A DNA stretch of 59,300 nucleotides from contig CALXDB010000001.1 in assembly GCA_944386955.1 (NCBI GenBank), forward strand, positions 1 through 59,300, given 5' to 3'. Below the pieces are notes generated by a model. It worked only from the letters and a program-made list of their open reading frames with translations, was not told where the DNA came from and did not search any database. This DNA comes from an uncultured Oscillospiraceae bacterium (GTDB taxonomy: Bacteria; Bacillota; Clostridia; Oscillospirales; Oscillospiraceae). How positions within the stretch are numbered: position 1 is the stretch's first letter; each line of letters opens with the position of its first letter. Positions 15,939-24,389 of this stretch are shown piece after piece. The position numbers and the translations under genes were made by a program.

Positions 15939-16492
15939 CCCGGGACCACCACCTTCTGCCCCACCTGAATGCGATTGGGGTTGGAGATGGCGGGATTGGC
16001 CGCCAGGATCGCCTCCAGGGTCACGCCGTACCGCCCCGCGATAGCCCAGAGAGTATCCCCCTGAACCACCGTATAAACAGTGCTCGCCTGTTCCGATGCC
16101 GTCTCCGCCGCCGACAGCAGAATCAGCCCCGTGCGGCAGCTGGAGGAGTCCTCCCGGAAAGCGAAACGGTAGGCCACATAGTCCGGTAGGGGCTTTTGTG
16201 TCAGGGCCAGCTCCGTAAAATAGGCGCTGGAGGGCTGCCACACCGGGTGGATCAGCAGTCCCGCCCCCCCGCCGTAGAAGAGGGAGGCCAGCTCCTTGAA
16301 CCGGTCGTAGGCTCCCTCTCCGGCGAAGACCCCCTCTCCCTCCAGCACTCGGGCCATCAGCCCCAGATCCTGGAGGCAGTAGCGTCCGAAGGGCACCTTG
16401 TGTCCCGCCACCAGCCGCTGAAAGGAGATGGAGTAGGTATGGGGGTTGTGGGGCCAGACAAAGGTCTTATACCGCATGGGCGTCAGTTCCAT
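15935..16492 (-). CDS. LysM-domain tail protein (XkdP-like)
   Basis: C-terminal LysM domain YTVVQGDTLWAIAGRYGVTLEAILAANPAISNPNRIQVGQKVVVP. RBS is GAGAGGAGG. Confidence 0.8.
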   Translation of the reverse strand: MELTPMRYKTFVWPHNPHTYSISFQRLVAGHKVPFGRYCLQDLGLMARVLEGEGVFAGEGAYDRFKELASLFYGGGAGLLIHPVWQPSSAYFTELALTQKPLPDYVAYRFAFREDSSSCRTGLILLSAAETASEQASTVYTVVQGDTLWAIAGRYGVTLEAILAANPAISNPNRIQVGQKVVVPG

Positions 16493-16507
16493 CCGTCAAA
16501 CCTCCTC

Positions 16508-16978
16508 TCACAGCAGCGGAAAAGCGCCGTCGTACCGCCGGGCGTCCCGCTCCCACTGGGCGGACAGCTCCCGGGGGCCCACGGCCGTCTCCGTCTCTGC
16601 CGTTCCTGTGGTGCGCACCGTCTCCGCGGTCCCCTGGACCAACCGCTCCAGAGGCACCTCCCGCTCCTGCCGGACACTCTTCCCCGTGTCGATCTCCCGC
16701 GCCTCCCGGACCGCCTCCCCGGGGAGGACCGGCTCCGTCAGCTCCACAGTCCGCCCCTTCGCCTCCGGCTCCCCGGCGGCAATCGTACGGCTCTCCGGCA
16801 GCTCCGGTTCCCCAGCCCGCACCGCCTCAAACCGCGCCATATCGAAGGAGGATGCCTCGCCTCCCTCGGTCCGCTCCTGGACCGCCCTCTGGTCCGCCGC
16901 CTCCAGCAGAGGGGACAAGCGCCCCAGGGCCTCCAGAGGCAGGCGGAAGGTGATCTCCACCAGTTCTCTCGGGTCCAT
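16508..16978 (-). CDS. acidic 156-aa protein occupying the tail-chaperone/tape-measure slot
   Basis: ATG 16978 overlaps the tube gene stop (TGATG). The protein is E/A/R/T-rich (…TAETVRTTGTAETETAVGPRELSAQWERDARRYDGAFPLL). It is the only ORF between the tube gene and the LysM gene. Confidence 0.5.
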   Translation of the reverse strand: MDPRELVEITFRLPLEALGRLSPLLEAADQRAVQERTEGGEASSFDMARFEAVRAGEPELPESRTIAAGEPEAKGRTVELTEPVLPGEAVREAREIDTGKSVRQEREVPLERLVQGTAETVRTTGTAETETAVGPRELSAQWERDARRYDGAFPLL

Positions 16979-17370
16979 CAGGCCACCACTTCCATCCGCT
17001 TTTTGGCCACCACAGACACCTTCTCCGCCACCATAGTCCCCAGCTTGCCCTCCTCGGCGATGGCGTTCCAGTTGCAGCCGCTGTAGATCACCCGGCGGTC
17101 CGGCTTGCAGATCACCAGGGAGAAATCCTCCAGGGTGTAGAAGTCGATGCCGTCGGCAATGGCATCGTCGGTAGCGTAGAGTCGAGTCAGCTCCAGCACA
17201 TACTGGTTCTGGGAGGCGATGGTCCCCACTGGCTCCGCCTCGCCGAAGGCCTCCACCGGGGTGCTGGTGCGGGTGGTTTTGGCGGTGTAGCTCTGGACCA
17301 CCGCCACCTTTTTCCCTTCCAGCTCCAAATAGATGTCGCTGCTGGTGGGAAATCCTGTCACACTTGCCAT
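16978..17370 (-). CDS. phage tail tube protein (XkdM-like)
   Basis: 130 aa immediately downstream of the sheath gene. Beta-rich sequence (IYLELEGKKVAVVQSYTAKTTRTSTPVEAFG...) consistent with XkdM-type tubes. Confidence 0.65.
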   Translation of the reverse strand: MASVTGFPTSSDIYLELEGKKVAVVQSYTAKTTRTSTPVEAFGEAEPVGTIASQNQYVLELTRLYATDDAIADGIDFYTLEDFSLVICKPDRRVIYSGCNWNAIAEEGKLGTMVAEKVSVVAKKRMEVVA

Positions 17371-17382
17371 AGGTTTCCTCCT

Positions 17383-18441
17383 TTATACCGTAATATGGGC
17401 AGTGAGATAGATCTGGTTGAGGCCGTGGGACACGGCAAAGCTGAACTCCACCAGGCACACCGTGGGATCCACGCTGTCGGCCTCCACGCTGACCTCGCCG
17501 TAGCTGTCGATGATCTGGGCCGCCACCTTGTTCTCCAGCTCCACGATCACCTGGGAGCGGATGGCCCCCCGGGTCTGGAGGGTGTTCTTGGTGCGGGTGA
17601 AGCGGCTGCGAAGAGCGGAGCGAACGGCGGGGATCACGTCGTCCACGATCAAAATGGTGGTCAGCTCCCGCCAGGTGGCGTCGGCGCTGCCTCCGGTCTT
17701 GGTACGGGTGGTAATGCCCCGCACCGGAGACACCACGCCTCCCACTGCCTCCAGGGGCGTCACGCCGCCCCGGACCAGGAGGTCGATGTCGTTGTCGCTG
17801 TACCGGACGCCGACGCCCCCCAGCCCCTGGAGCTCCACGCCGTTGAGGGGCACCGCCGGGTCGCCGCTTGCGGCAATGACCCCGGCCACAGCGGCGGCGG
17901 CGAACACGCCGCTGCGGGCCTCTCCCCCCTCGTCGGTGACGTCGGGCCCCACCAGCACCATCCGCTCGCTGTTGAGCCCCTCGGCCCGGGTAATGAGAGC
18001 GGACACGTCCTCGCCGCTGCTGCCCACTACGCCGATGCGCTCCCTTCGGGCGGCGCTGGCGCTCTCCAGACTGGTCCGCAGCAGCTGCTGCACCGTCAGC
18101 TCGCCGCTGTCACACACCACCACCTGGATATCCTCCTCCATGCTGAGGAGGTCGAAGGCGTCGCCGTAGCTGCCGCCGTCGGCCACCCGCACCGCCCGGA
18201 CGGCGGTAACGCCGTTGAGAAAGAGGAGGCGCAGGAGCTCCGCCATGGCCTGGCCCTCCTCATCGGCGCCGAAGGCGGCCAGACCGCCCTCATAGCTGGT
18301 CACCAGCGTCACCTGGTCCGTGTCCCCCTGGGCGGCCTGGGCGGCCACGCCCACCACCTTGGAGGCGGTGCCCCGGCGCACCAGCATCGAGGCGTCGTAG
18401 GAGGAGTACACCCCGGGCCTCTCATGTACGATACTGCTCAA
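17383..18441 (-). CDS. phage contractile tail sheath protein (XkdK-like)
   Basis: 352 aa. The N-terminal ERPGVYSSYDAS and overall pattern are typical of tail sheath proteins, and the tube gene follows. Confidence 0.8.
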   Translation of the reverse strand: MSSIVHERPGVYSSYDASMLVRRGTASKVVGVAAQAAQGDTDQVTLVTSYEGGLAAFGADEEGQAMAELLRLLFLNGVTAVRAVRVADGGSYGDAFDLLSMEEDIQVVVCDSGELTVQQLLRTSLESASAARRERIGVVGSSGEDVSALITRAEGLNSERMVLVGPDVTDEGGEARSGVFAAAAVAGVIAASGDPAVPLNGVELQGLGGVGVRYSDNDIDLLVRGGVTPLEAVGGVVSPVRGITTRTKTGGSADATWRELTTILIVDDVIPAVRSALRSRFTRTKNTLQTRGAIRSQVIVELENKVAAQIIDSYGEVSVEADSVDPTVCLVEFSFAVSHGLNQIYLTAHITV

Positions 18442-18940
18442 AATCAGGCGCTCCTTTCAATTTGAAGTCCAAAAACAGCCCCGGCTCCTCTTGAGCCTGG
18501 GCCACGAAGGCGGCGGTGCACTGGAGGAGGGCGGCCTGTCGAATGTGCTCCGTCTCCCGGTCCCAGCCCGCCGCTTCCCAGATCATTTCCCCGGGGCGGA
18601 GCCCCTCGGCCAGTCCCGCCAGGAGGGCGTCGTGAGCCTCCTCCAAAACGGCCGTGCAGCCCGCCGCCCCCTCCGTTCCGGGGCCGTAGGCCGTCAGCTC
18701 CACACTGACCTCCAGCCGCCGGCCGTATACCTCCCGCCAGGTGGCAGTGTCCGCCTCATAGGCCAGCCCCAGATAGTCGCAGAGGGCGGCGCTGGCGCTG
18801 TCGGCCCGCCGCAGGCCCACCACGATCACCGGTCGGTCATACTGTCCCGCCCACTGTGGCTCCCAGGCGGCAGCCGCGGGAATGTCCGCCGCCGCGAGGC
18901 ACCGCAGCACCTCCCGGCGCACCTGTTCCAGTCCGCTCAT
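18422..18940 (-). CDS. head-tail joining / tail-completion-like protein (hypothetical)
   Basis: The track ORF was trimmed to ATG 18940 (MSGLEQVRRE), which overlaps the preceding stop as ATGA. 172 aa, located between the connector genes and the sheath. Confidence 0.45.
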   Translation of the reverse strand: MSGLEQVRREVLRCLAAADIPAAAAWEPQWAGQYDRPVIVVGLRRADSASAALCDYLGLAYEADTATWREVYGRRLEVSVELTAYGPGTEGAAGCTAVLEEAHDALLAGLAEGLRPGEMIWEAAGWDRETEHIRQAALLQCTAAFVAQAQEEPGLFLDFKLKGAPDFEQYRT

Positions 18941-19260
18941 TCCGCCGCCTCCCTCTCCGTCCGGAGAAGGCCGTGCCAGTAGAGCACCGCCTCCCCCAGG
19001 TACACCGGCGTGGCGGACAGCACCCGAAAACGCTCCCCGCCGCACTCGACTACATCGTGGCGGAGCAGGGTGGTGCCGCCGGGGCCGATGTAGACCCAAC
19101 GCCGCTGGTCCACCGCTCCCAGAGGCGTAGCAGCCACCGGGTCCTCTCCGCCGCTGGTCTGGGGCTGCACCGAGGCCTGAAGGACGATCTGTTCCTCTCC
19201 CCGCCACAGCGTCACCCGCTGGCCATAGGCGGCAAAGAACCGCTCCAGCCGTCCCCTCAT
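18937..19260 (-). CDS. head-tail adaptor / head-closure-like protein (hypothetical)
   Basis: Trimmed to ATG 19260 (MRGRLERFF), which overlaps the preceding stop as ATGA. 107 aa. Assignment is by position. Confidence 0.45.
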   Translation of the reverse strand: MRGRLERFFAAYGQRVTLWRGEEQIVLQASVQPQTSGGEDPVAATPLGAVDQRRWVYIGPGGTTLLRHDVVECGGERFRVLSATPVYLGEAVLYWHGLLRTEREAAE

Positions 19261-19607
19261 CCCGGCACCCCCACGAAGGCAAAGCCATCGCCGCCGCAGT
19301 AGGGGGCCATGATCTTCCAGGCCTGGCGGCGCATCCGCGACGCGGTGTCGCTCCAATTCCCGCCGCCTACGGACACATCTCCCACCCGGACCGCACCGGT
19401 CTCATTCCGGCCGCCCGTCAGATTGGCGGCAGCCAGCCAGGCGGCGGCGCAGAGGAACAGGTCCGCGCAGTCCTCGGCCGTCACGCCGTCCCGCAGGGCG
19501 GAGCGGAGCTCCCGCTCCGCTCCGGCGCACAGCCGCCACAGCACGCCCTCCTCCGCCTCTGTAGGCGACGCCAGGGCCTTTGCAATGGTAAAGATCTCCT
19601 CGGTCAT
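19257..19607 (-). CDS. gp6-like head-tail connector protein
   Basis: 116 aa directly after the MCP gene. The helical N-terminus (TIAKALASPTEAEEGVLWRLCAGAERELRSAL) is as in gp6-like DNA-packaging/connector proteins. Confidence 0.5.
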   Translation of the reverse strand: MTEEIFTIAKALASPTEAEEGVLWRLCAGAERELRSALRDGVTAEDCADLFLCAAAWLAAANLTGGRNETGAVRVGDVSVGGGNWSDTASRMRRQAWKIMAPYCGGDGFAFVGVPG

Positions 19608-19646
19608 CTTCCCAGCCTCCTTTTGTTGTGATGATGGTCCCTCCCG

Positions 19647-20678
19647 TCAGATCTCCAGCACCCGGGAGGCGTCCTGGAAAAGCTTGGCGAAGCCGGAGAT
19701 GCAGGTGATGGCCGCCCGCTCCAGCTGGCGGTCAATGAGCTTGTCGTACTCCACCTGCACCTGGCCGCCGGTGACCATCTCCAGCGCGTAGTTCTTGTCG
19801 AGACCGATGAGCTTGCCCTTGGGCATGGCCCCGGTCCGCAGCAGGCGTGCGCCCAGGGGGGTGGTCAGGGCGCCGGTGCCCTGGAAATTGAGGCCGGTGA
19901 GAGGATTTTGGAACTCCTCCATCTTGAGAAGCTGCAGCATCACGTCGCCGCCCACCAGAAGGGTATTCATGGTGTAGGGATCAAACTCCCCCCAGAAGTC
20001 CAGCAGGGCGCCGTAATCCAGGGTCCCCTTGGTGCCGGAGATGGGTTCCGTGCCCACGGTATAGCTCTTGGCGGCGTTGTCGTTGCCGTCGCCGTCCATT
20101 ACCACAGAGATGGCGTCCTCCAGCTGCATCCGGGCGATGTGTCCGCCGATCTGGCGGAGGGTCACAGAGAAGAGGTCCAGCCGCTGGAAGCGGATGGCCT
20201 CATAGGAGGCCACCAGCATCCGCCCCCGCTTGTGGAGCTTCACCAGGTTCTCCTGGGTCCGCACCTGGGTCTGGGGCAGCTGACCGCCCTCCTCCACCCG
20301 AGCCAGACGCTTGTCCTCCTCGGAGGGCACCGAAGCAATGGAGCGGTAGTCCCTGCCGTCAAAGGTGGTAACCGCCGCAGTGATGTGGGGCAGGACGTTC
20401 TCCTCCTCCATGCCCTGGCGCACCACCCGGGCCACAAACTCCGGGAACAGCACGGCGGACTCGGTGGTGTGGAAGAACTTCTCCACCATGTCGCTGCCGC
20501 TGCCCTTCACATGGATGTCAAAGCGCTTGAGCTGGCGCTGGAAGGCGTCCAGTCCCTCCATGGGGGTACCCCGATAGGCCTCGCTGGGGTCACAGGCCTC
20601 CAGCACCTGGGAGAAGGTCTTGCCGGCCTCGCCGTACATCCCCTTCTCCAGCTTCACGTCATTCAGAAGATATGCCAT
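19647..20678 (-). CDS. phage major capsid protein
   Basis: 343 aa from ATG 20678 (MAYLLNDVKLEKG), RBS AAAGGAGGAG. Follows the protease/scaffold and decoration-like genes. Sequence character is typical of HK97-fold capsid proteins. Confidence 0.75.
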   Translation of the reverse strand: MAYLLNDVKLEKGMYGEAGKTFSQVLEACDPSEAYRGTPMEGLDAFQRQLKRFDIHVKGSGSDMVEKFFHTTESAVLFPEFVARVVRQGMEEENVLPHITAAVTTFDGRDYRSIASVPSEEDKRLARVEEGGQLPQTQVRTQENLVKLHKRGRMLVASYEAIRFQRLDLFSVTLRQIGGHIARMQLEDAISVVMDGDGNDNAAKSYTVGTEPISGTKGTLDYGALLDFWGEFDPYTMNTLLVGGDVMLQLLKMEEFQNPLTGLNFQGTGALTTPLGARLLRTGAMPKGKLIGLDKNYALEMVTGGQVQVEYDKLIDRQLERAAITCISGFAKLFQDASRVLEI

Positions 20679-20698
20679 GTTCGTCTCCTCCTTTTTTC

Positions 20699-21034
20699 TC
20701 ACAGCAGCACCGTGACGGTCTGGGCGGTCTCGTCAGTCTCCACCACCCAGCGCTTCACGCCGCTCTCGTCGCTCTTCACGCCGCCGCTGCCGTTGGCGCT
20801 GAGGCCGGTAAAGCCCACGGCAGGCGCGCCCTCGCTGTAGCCCACCGTCACAAAGCCGCCCACCTGCACGCTGACCGCACCGTCTCTCCCGGACACTGCC
20901 ACACCGCAGAAGGCCTCTCCCGCGCCGCAGGCCGCCACCGTCTGAGCCCCGCTTACCTTCACCACGCTGCCCTCGGGGATGTCCTCCCCCAGGAAGGTGG
21001 CGCACCACTGCCCAATGCCGTTAAAAGATACCAT
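20699..21034 (-). CDS. small Gly/Val-rich head protein (DUF2190 / decoration-like)
   Basis: 111 aa between the protease/scaffold and MCP genes. The beta-rich G/V/A composition resembles DUF2190-type head proteins. Confidence 0.4.
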   Translation of the reverse strand: MVSFNGIGQWCATFLGEDIPEGSVVKVSGAQTVAACGAGEAFCGVAVSGRDGAVSVQVGGFVTVGYSEGAPAVGFTGLSANGSGGVKSDESGVKRWVVETDETAQTVTVLL

Positions 21035-21055
21035 GTTCCGCTCCTCCTTTGTTTG

Positions 21056-21949
21056 TTACACCAAAAATGCCTCGCCGCTGTCGCTTCCATGGCCCCAGCC
21101 CAACTGGGGACCGGGCCATCTCCGGCGCTCCAGCCGCTTTTTCAGCACCCGGGTCAGCTCCAGCAGCTCCTCTTCCTCCATGCGCTCCGCGGCTCTGGCG
21201 AAAATGGCGCAGTCCAGATCCTCCTCCGCCAGTCCCGCCAGGCGCACCAGTTCCTGCCGCAGGGCCGCCAGATAGCTCCGACCGGCGGCGGCCTCCTTTT
21301 CCAGCTGAAGCCGCTCCCCCTGGTCAAAACCCCGGTACACCAAGGTCTTCTTCAAAACCCCTGCCTCCCGCTGGGCGGGCACCGCCACAAAGGACCACTC
21401 GTAGGCGTCGGTGGGGTCCTCCAGAATGGCGGTGCACAGCTTGCCGTCATACTGCCGGCCGGGTACATGTCCACATTGGGAAATCTCCCCGCCGCATACG
21501 GAGCACACCCGGCGGGCCACCGCACAGCCCACGCTGACCTCCTTTTTGATCCCGCCCTCGATCTCCTCAATGAGCGCCTGGTTCTTTTCGGAGCGGAGCA
21601 TATAGGCCCAGCCCTTCAGATACCGGCAGGGCTCCCCCGCCATGGTCATCCGCCCCGGCTCCTCGGCCACCTCCGTCCGGTAGATCCGGGCAGTCTGCCC
21701 GGCGGCAGACCACTGGTGGTCAAAAATGCCGCTCTTGCCTACAAACAGCTCTCCCAGCCTCTGGAGGCAGTCGAGAGAAAACCGCTCAAAATCCCGGTCC
21801 ACCTCGTTGTCGCACAGCCGCAGGGCGAAGGTGTACACCTGCTCCGCCGTCAGCTCCCCCTTGGCAAAGCGGTTGATCTCCGCCAGATCCGCCTCGGTGA
21901 CGCCGCCGTACTCCACACCGCCTGTTTTTTTCACATCCGTCACTGTCAC
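21056..21949 (-). CDS. prohead protease-like domain fused to a coiled-coil scaffold-like C-terminus
   Basis: The GTG at 21949 overlaps the portal stop (GTGA) and has a GGAAGGG RBS. The N-terminal roughly 200 aa are globular (FALRLCDNEVDRDFERFS...GIFDHQW...). A Cys4 knuckle is present (CAVARRVCSVCGGEISQCGH). The C-terminus is helical and E/L/R-rich. Confidence 0.55.
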   Translation of the reverse strand: MTVTDVKKTGGVEYGGVTEADLAEINRFAKGELTAEQVYTFALRLCDNEVDRDFERFSLDCLQRLGELFVGKSGIFDHQWSAAGQTARIYRTEVAEEPGRMTMAGEPCRYLKGWAYMLRSEKNQALIEEIEGGIKKEVSVGCAVARRVCSVCGGEISQCGHVPGRQYDGKLCTAILEDPTDAYEWSFVAVPAQREAGVLKKTLVYRGFDQGERLQLEKEAAAGRSYLAALRQELVRLAGLAEEDLDCAIFARAAERMEEEELLELTRVLKKRLERRRWPGPQLGWGHGSDSGEAFLV

Positions 21950-23139
21950 AGCTTCCCTTCCATCTGAAGATTTTCCAATTCCAGCTTCCTCGCCTGCTGT
22001 CGGTACCACTCCGCCTTGGCCTCATCCAGCTCATCCTGGAGGTTGATGTCGTCCCACAGCACCTCAAAGGGCTCATAGATCCCATTGAGGCGCATCCACA
22101 TCCGGCAGATTTTCTCCACCACAGGGGTAAGCCCCCGGCGAATGGCTGTCAGCTCGGAGGTAAGGATGTCCGCCTGCTGGGTGCTCATCCGCTCCGTGGA
22201 GGACCAGCTGAGCCCCAGCATAAAAGGCGGAATGCCGGTCTTGGCGATGAGCTGCTCCAGGATCTGCCGCACCGGCACCTCGCTGTCGAGAATCTGGTTG
22301 TCCGCGCCGATGACCCGGATGTCCACATCTCCGATGGCCACAAAATCCCGGACGCTGCCAGTTTTGGAGCTCTGCATGGCCCGGCTCCACTCCCTGGCGA
22401 TCTGCCGGCTGCGCTCCTGAGCCGTGGCCGGGTCCATCTCTCCGCTCTGAGGCTTGCACACCACGGCAAACCGGACGTTGCCCATCCGCTCCCAGTTGGC
22501 TCCCATAGCGGTGAAGATCTTCCCCAGAAGCTCCGTCAAAAAGGGCATGGACCGAAGCATGGACACCCCATAGGGGCTGTGGGTCTCCGGATTGTAGGGG
22601 GTAAAGAGGAGCAGATCCTGCCGGGGCAGCGGCCGCGGCATGCCATCGCTGCCGTAGCCCCAGAGGGTAAAATCCAGAGGAGAATCCCCCTCCCGGATCT
22701 GCACATCCTCCACCCTTCCGCAGACCAGAGCGGCGATGTCCCGGCCCTCCGGGTCCACCACCATCTCCCCCACCGCCTGACCGAAGGTGAGCATGGAGTC
22801 GAGATACATGTCCAAAAAGGCATTGATCCCCACCTGCCCCCGACCGGCGGGCACGGTTTTGAGGAAGCGGTCCATCTGCCGCTGAACACTCTGGGTCGCA
22901 CAGTCCACCGTCACGCCCCCGGCCAGCCGGATGATCTTGCAGAGGGCGGCGTCCACCGCCGGGACCCCCTGGCGGATGGCCTGATAGAGCCGGGCCTCCC
23001 CGCCTCCCAGGGGGACCATATCCATGAGGCCTCCCCAGGGGAGGGCGTCCCGGCTGCGCAGCTGGGTGGAGGCCGCCGCCACCCCCTCCTCCTTTCGTTT
23101 GAAAAACGCCATACTGTTTCCATCCTTTCCTGTACTCAC
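21946..23139 (-). CDS. phage portal protein
   Basis: About 390 aa directly downstream of TerL. Start is either GTG 23139 (a GTGA overlap with the TerL stop) or ATG 23112. Size and position are typical of a portal. Confidence 0.75.
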   Translation of the reverse strand: MSTGKDGNSMAFFKRKEEGVAAASTQLRSRDALPWGGLMDMVPLGGGEARLYQAIRQGVPAVDAALCKIIRLAGGVTVDCATQSVQRQMDRFLKTVPAGRGQVGINAFLDMYLDSMLTFGQAVGEMVVDPEGRDIAALVCGRVEDVQIREGDSPLDFTLWGYGSDGMPRPLPRQDLLLFTPYNPETHSPYGVSMLRSMPFLTELLGKIFTAMGANWERMGNVRFAVVCKPQSGEMDPATAQERSRQIAREWSRAMQSSKTGSVRDFVAIGDVDIRVIGADNQILDSEVPVRQILEQLIAKTGIPPFMLGLSWSSTERMSTQQADILTSELTAIRRGLTPVVEKICRMWMRLNGIYEPFEVLWDDINLQDELDEAKAEWYRQQARKLELENLQMEGKL

Positions 23140-24389
23140 CGCTCTACCGACACGGCGGCAAAGCCATCCCCCCGGAAACTCCCCGCCACTGTAGACGCAA
23201 AATACCGCATGTCGTCCATGGCGTGGTCATTTTGTTTCAGGGGGACCTCCCTGCCCTGACCGCCGGCCTCCCAGCAGTAGAGGGCCATTTCCCGCAGGAG
23301 ATCCCGGCAGGGCCGGCAGATCACCAGCCTGCCGCTTTTGAGAAGCCCCGCTGTCAGGCGGATGCCCGCCAGCACGTCGTTGGCCGCCTTCACCACGGGA
23401 AAGCCCTCCCGGCGCAGGGCGGTGATAAAGCTGGCGGCGGAGGGGTCCACCACCACCCGTCTCAGCTGCCGCCCCGCCGCCAGCCGCCGCAGGTCCGCCA
23501 CATACTCCTGGTCCGTCTTTTGTACACCGGTGTCCCGGGAAGCGTAGTAGTACTCGTCCACCCGATACCACACCCCATCCCGCAGCCCCCATAAACCAAA
23601 CGAGCATGGGTTGGCGGTGCCGTAATCGATGGAGACGCAGTACTGCTCCAGCTCCCCCTCCGGCACCGGCTGTACCATTTCCTCCGGGGAAAAGAAATCG
23701 TAGATGAGCCCCTCGGCCGCCGACCACTCCCCCAATACGAACCGGCGGTAGAACGCCCCGGAGTAGCGGTTTTCATACCGCCGCCGCATAGCGGGAGAGA
23801 GGCTGGGATTGTCGGCCATGGTGAAATGAAGGTAGAGGGCGTTTTTCTCCTCCGCGCGGCAGATCCACTCCCGGTAAAACCAGTGCTGGGGCCCCTCGGG
23901 GTTGCAGTTGAACCACAGCCTGCTGCCCTCGACGCTGCACCGTGCCAGGGCCTGCTCCACGAAGCTGCGGGGCATGAGGGCCACCTCGTCCATCAGCACC
24001 CCGGCGAAGGTAGCGCCCTGGATCAGTGCCGCGCTGCCCTCGTCCTTGCCGCCGATGAGATGAAAGAGGTTTTCATGTCCCTCTCCCCGGACCACCAGCT
24101 GATTGGCGCTGCGCCGCTCGGTGACGCTGAGCCCCAGCTCCCCCAGCAGGGGCGTCAGCTCATTCACCAGATTGCGCCGGAGGGAGACGATGGTCTTTCC
24201 GCACAAGGCGAACTGCCGCTGATGAAAGGCGGCGGTGGCCCAACAGAAAAAGCTGAGCCCCATGGCCAGGGTCTTGCCGCTTCTGACGGCCCCGTCACAA
24301 ATGATGGCCTCTCGGCGGCTGTCCTCCGACCCTGGGCACCACCACAGCAGCACCCTCTTCTGCTTTTCGGAAAAGCTGTGGATTCTCAC
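23136..24389 (-). CDS. phage terminase large subunit (PBSX/XtmB-type)
   Basis: Walker A-like [10 protein letters not shown]. ATPase motifs (LMDEVALMP) and a C-terminal nuclease-like region (SIDYGTANP ... DHAMDDMRY). Confidence 0.9.
   Translation of the reverse strand: MRIHSFSEKQKRVLLWWCPGSEDSRREAIICDGAVRSGKTLAMGLSFFCWATAAFHQRQFALCGKTIVSLRRNLVNELTPLLGELGLSVTERRSANQLVVRGEGHENLFHLIGGKDEGSAALIQGATFAGVLMDEVALMPRSFVEQALARCSVEGSRLWFNCNPEGPQHWFYREWICRAEEKNALYLHFTMADNPSLSPAMRRRYENRYSGAFYRRFVLGEWSAAEGLIYDFFSPEEMVQPVPEGELEQYCVSIDYGTANPCSFGLWGLRDGVWYRVDEYYYASRDTGVQKTDQEYVADLRRLAAGRQLRRVVVDPSAASFITALRREGFPVVKAANDVLAGIRLTAGLLKSGRLVICRPCRDLLREMALYCWEAGGQGREVPLKQNDHAMDDMRYFASTVAGSFRGDGFAAVSVER

Noticed and set aside
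14982-19288. Long forms of three minus-strand ORFs (14982-16241, 16508-17458, 18422-19288).
   Set aside because: Their N-terminal extensions overlap the upstream genes out of frame and are Gly/Arg/Pro-rich. Internal ATGs at 15938, 16978 and 18940 coincide exactly with the stops of the preceding genes, which gives the coupling seen elsewhere in the cluster.
11877-21967. Several 300-460-aa plus-strand ORFs inside the phage-like cluster (11877-13256, 14029-14643, 16196-17086, 17395-18465, 19908-20840, 20672-21967).
   Set aside because: They lie antisense to a coherent, translationally coupled minus-strand operon. Their composition is H/G/P/R/L-rich with no motifs.
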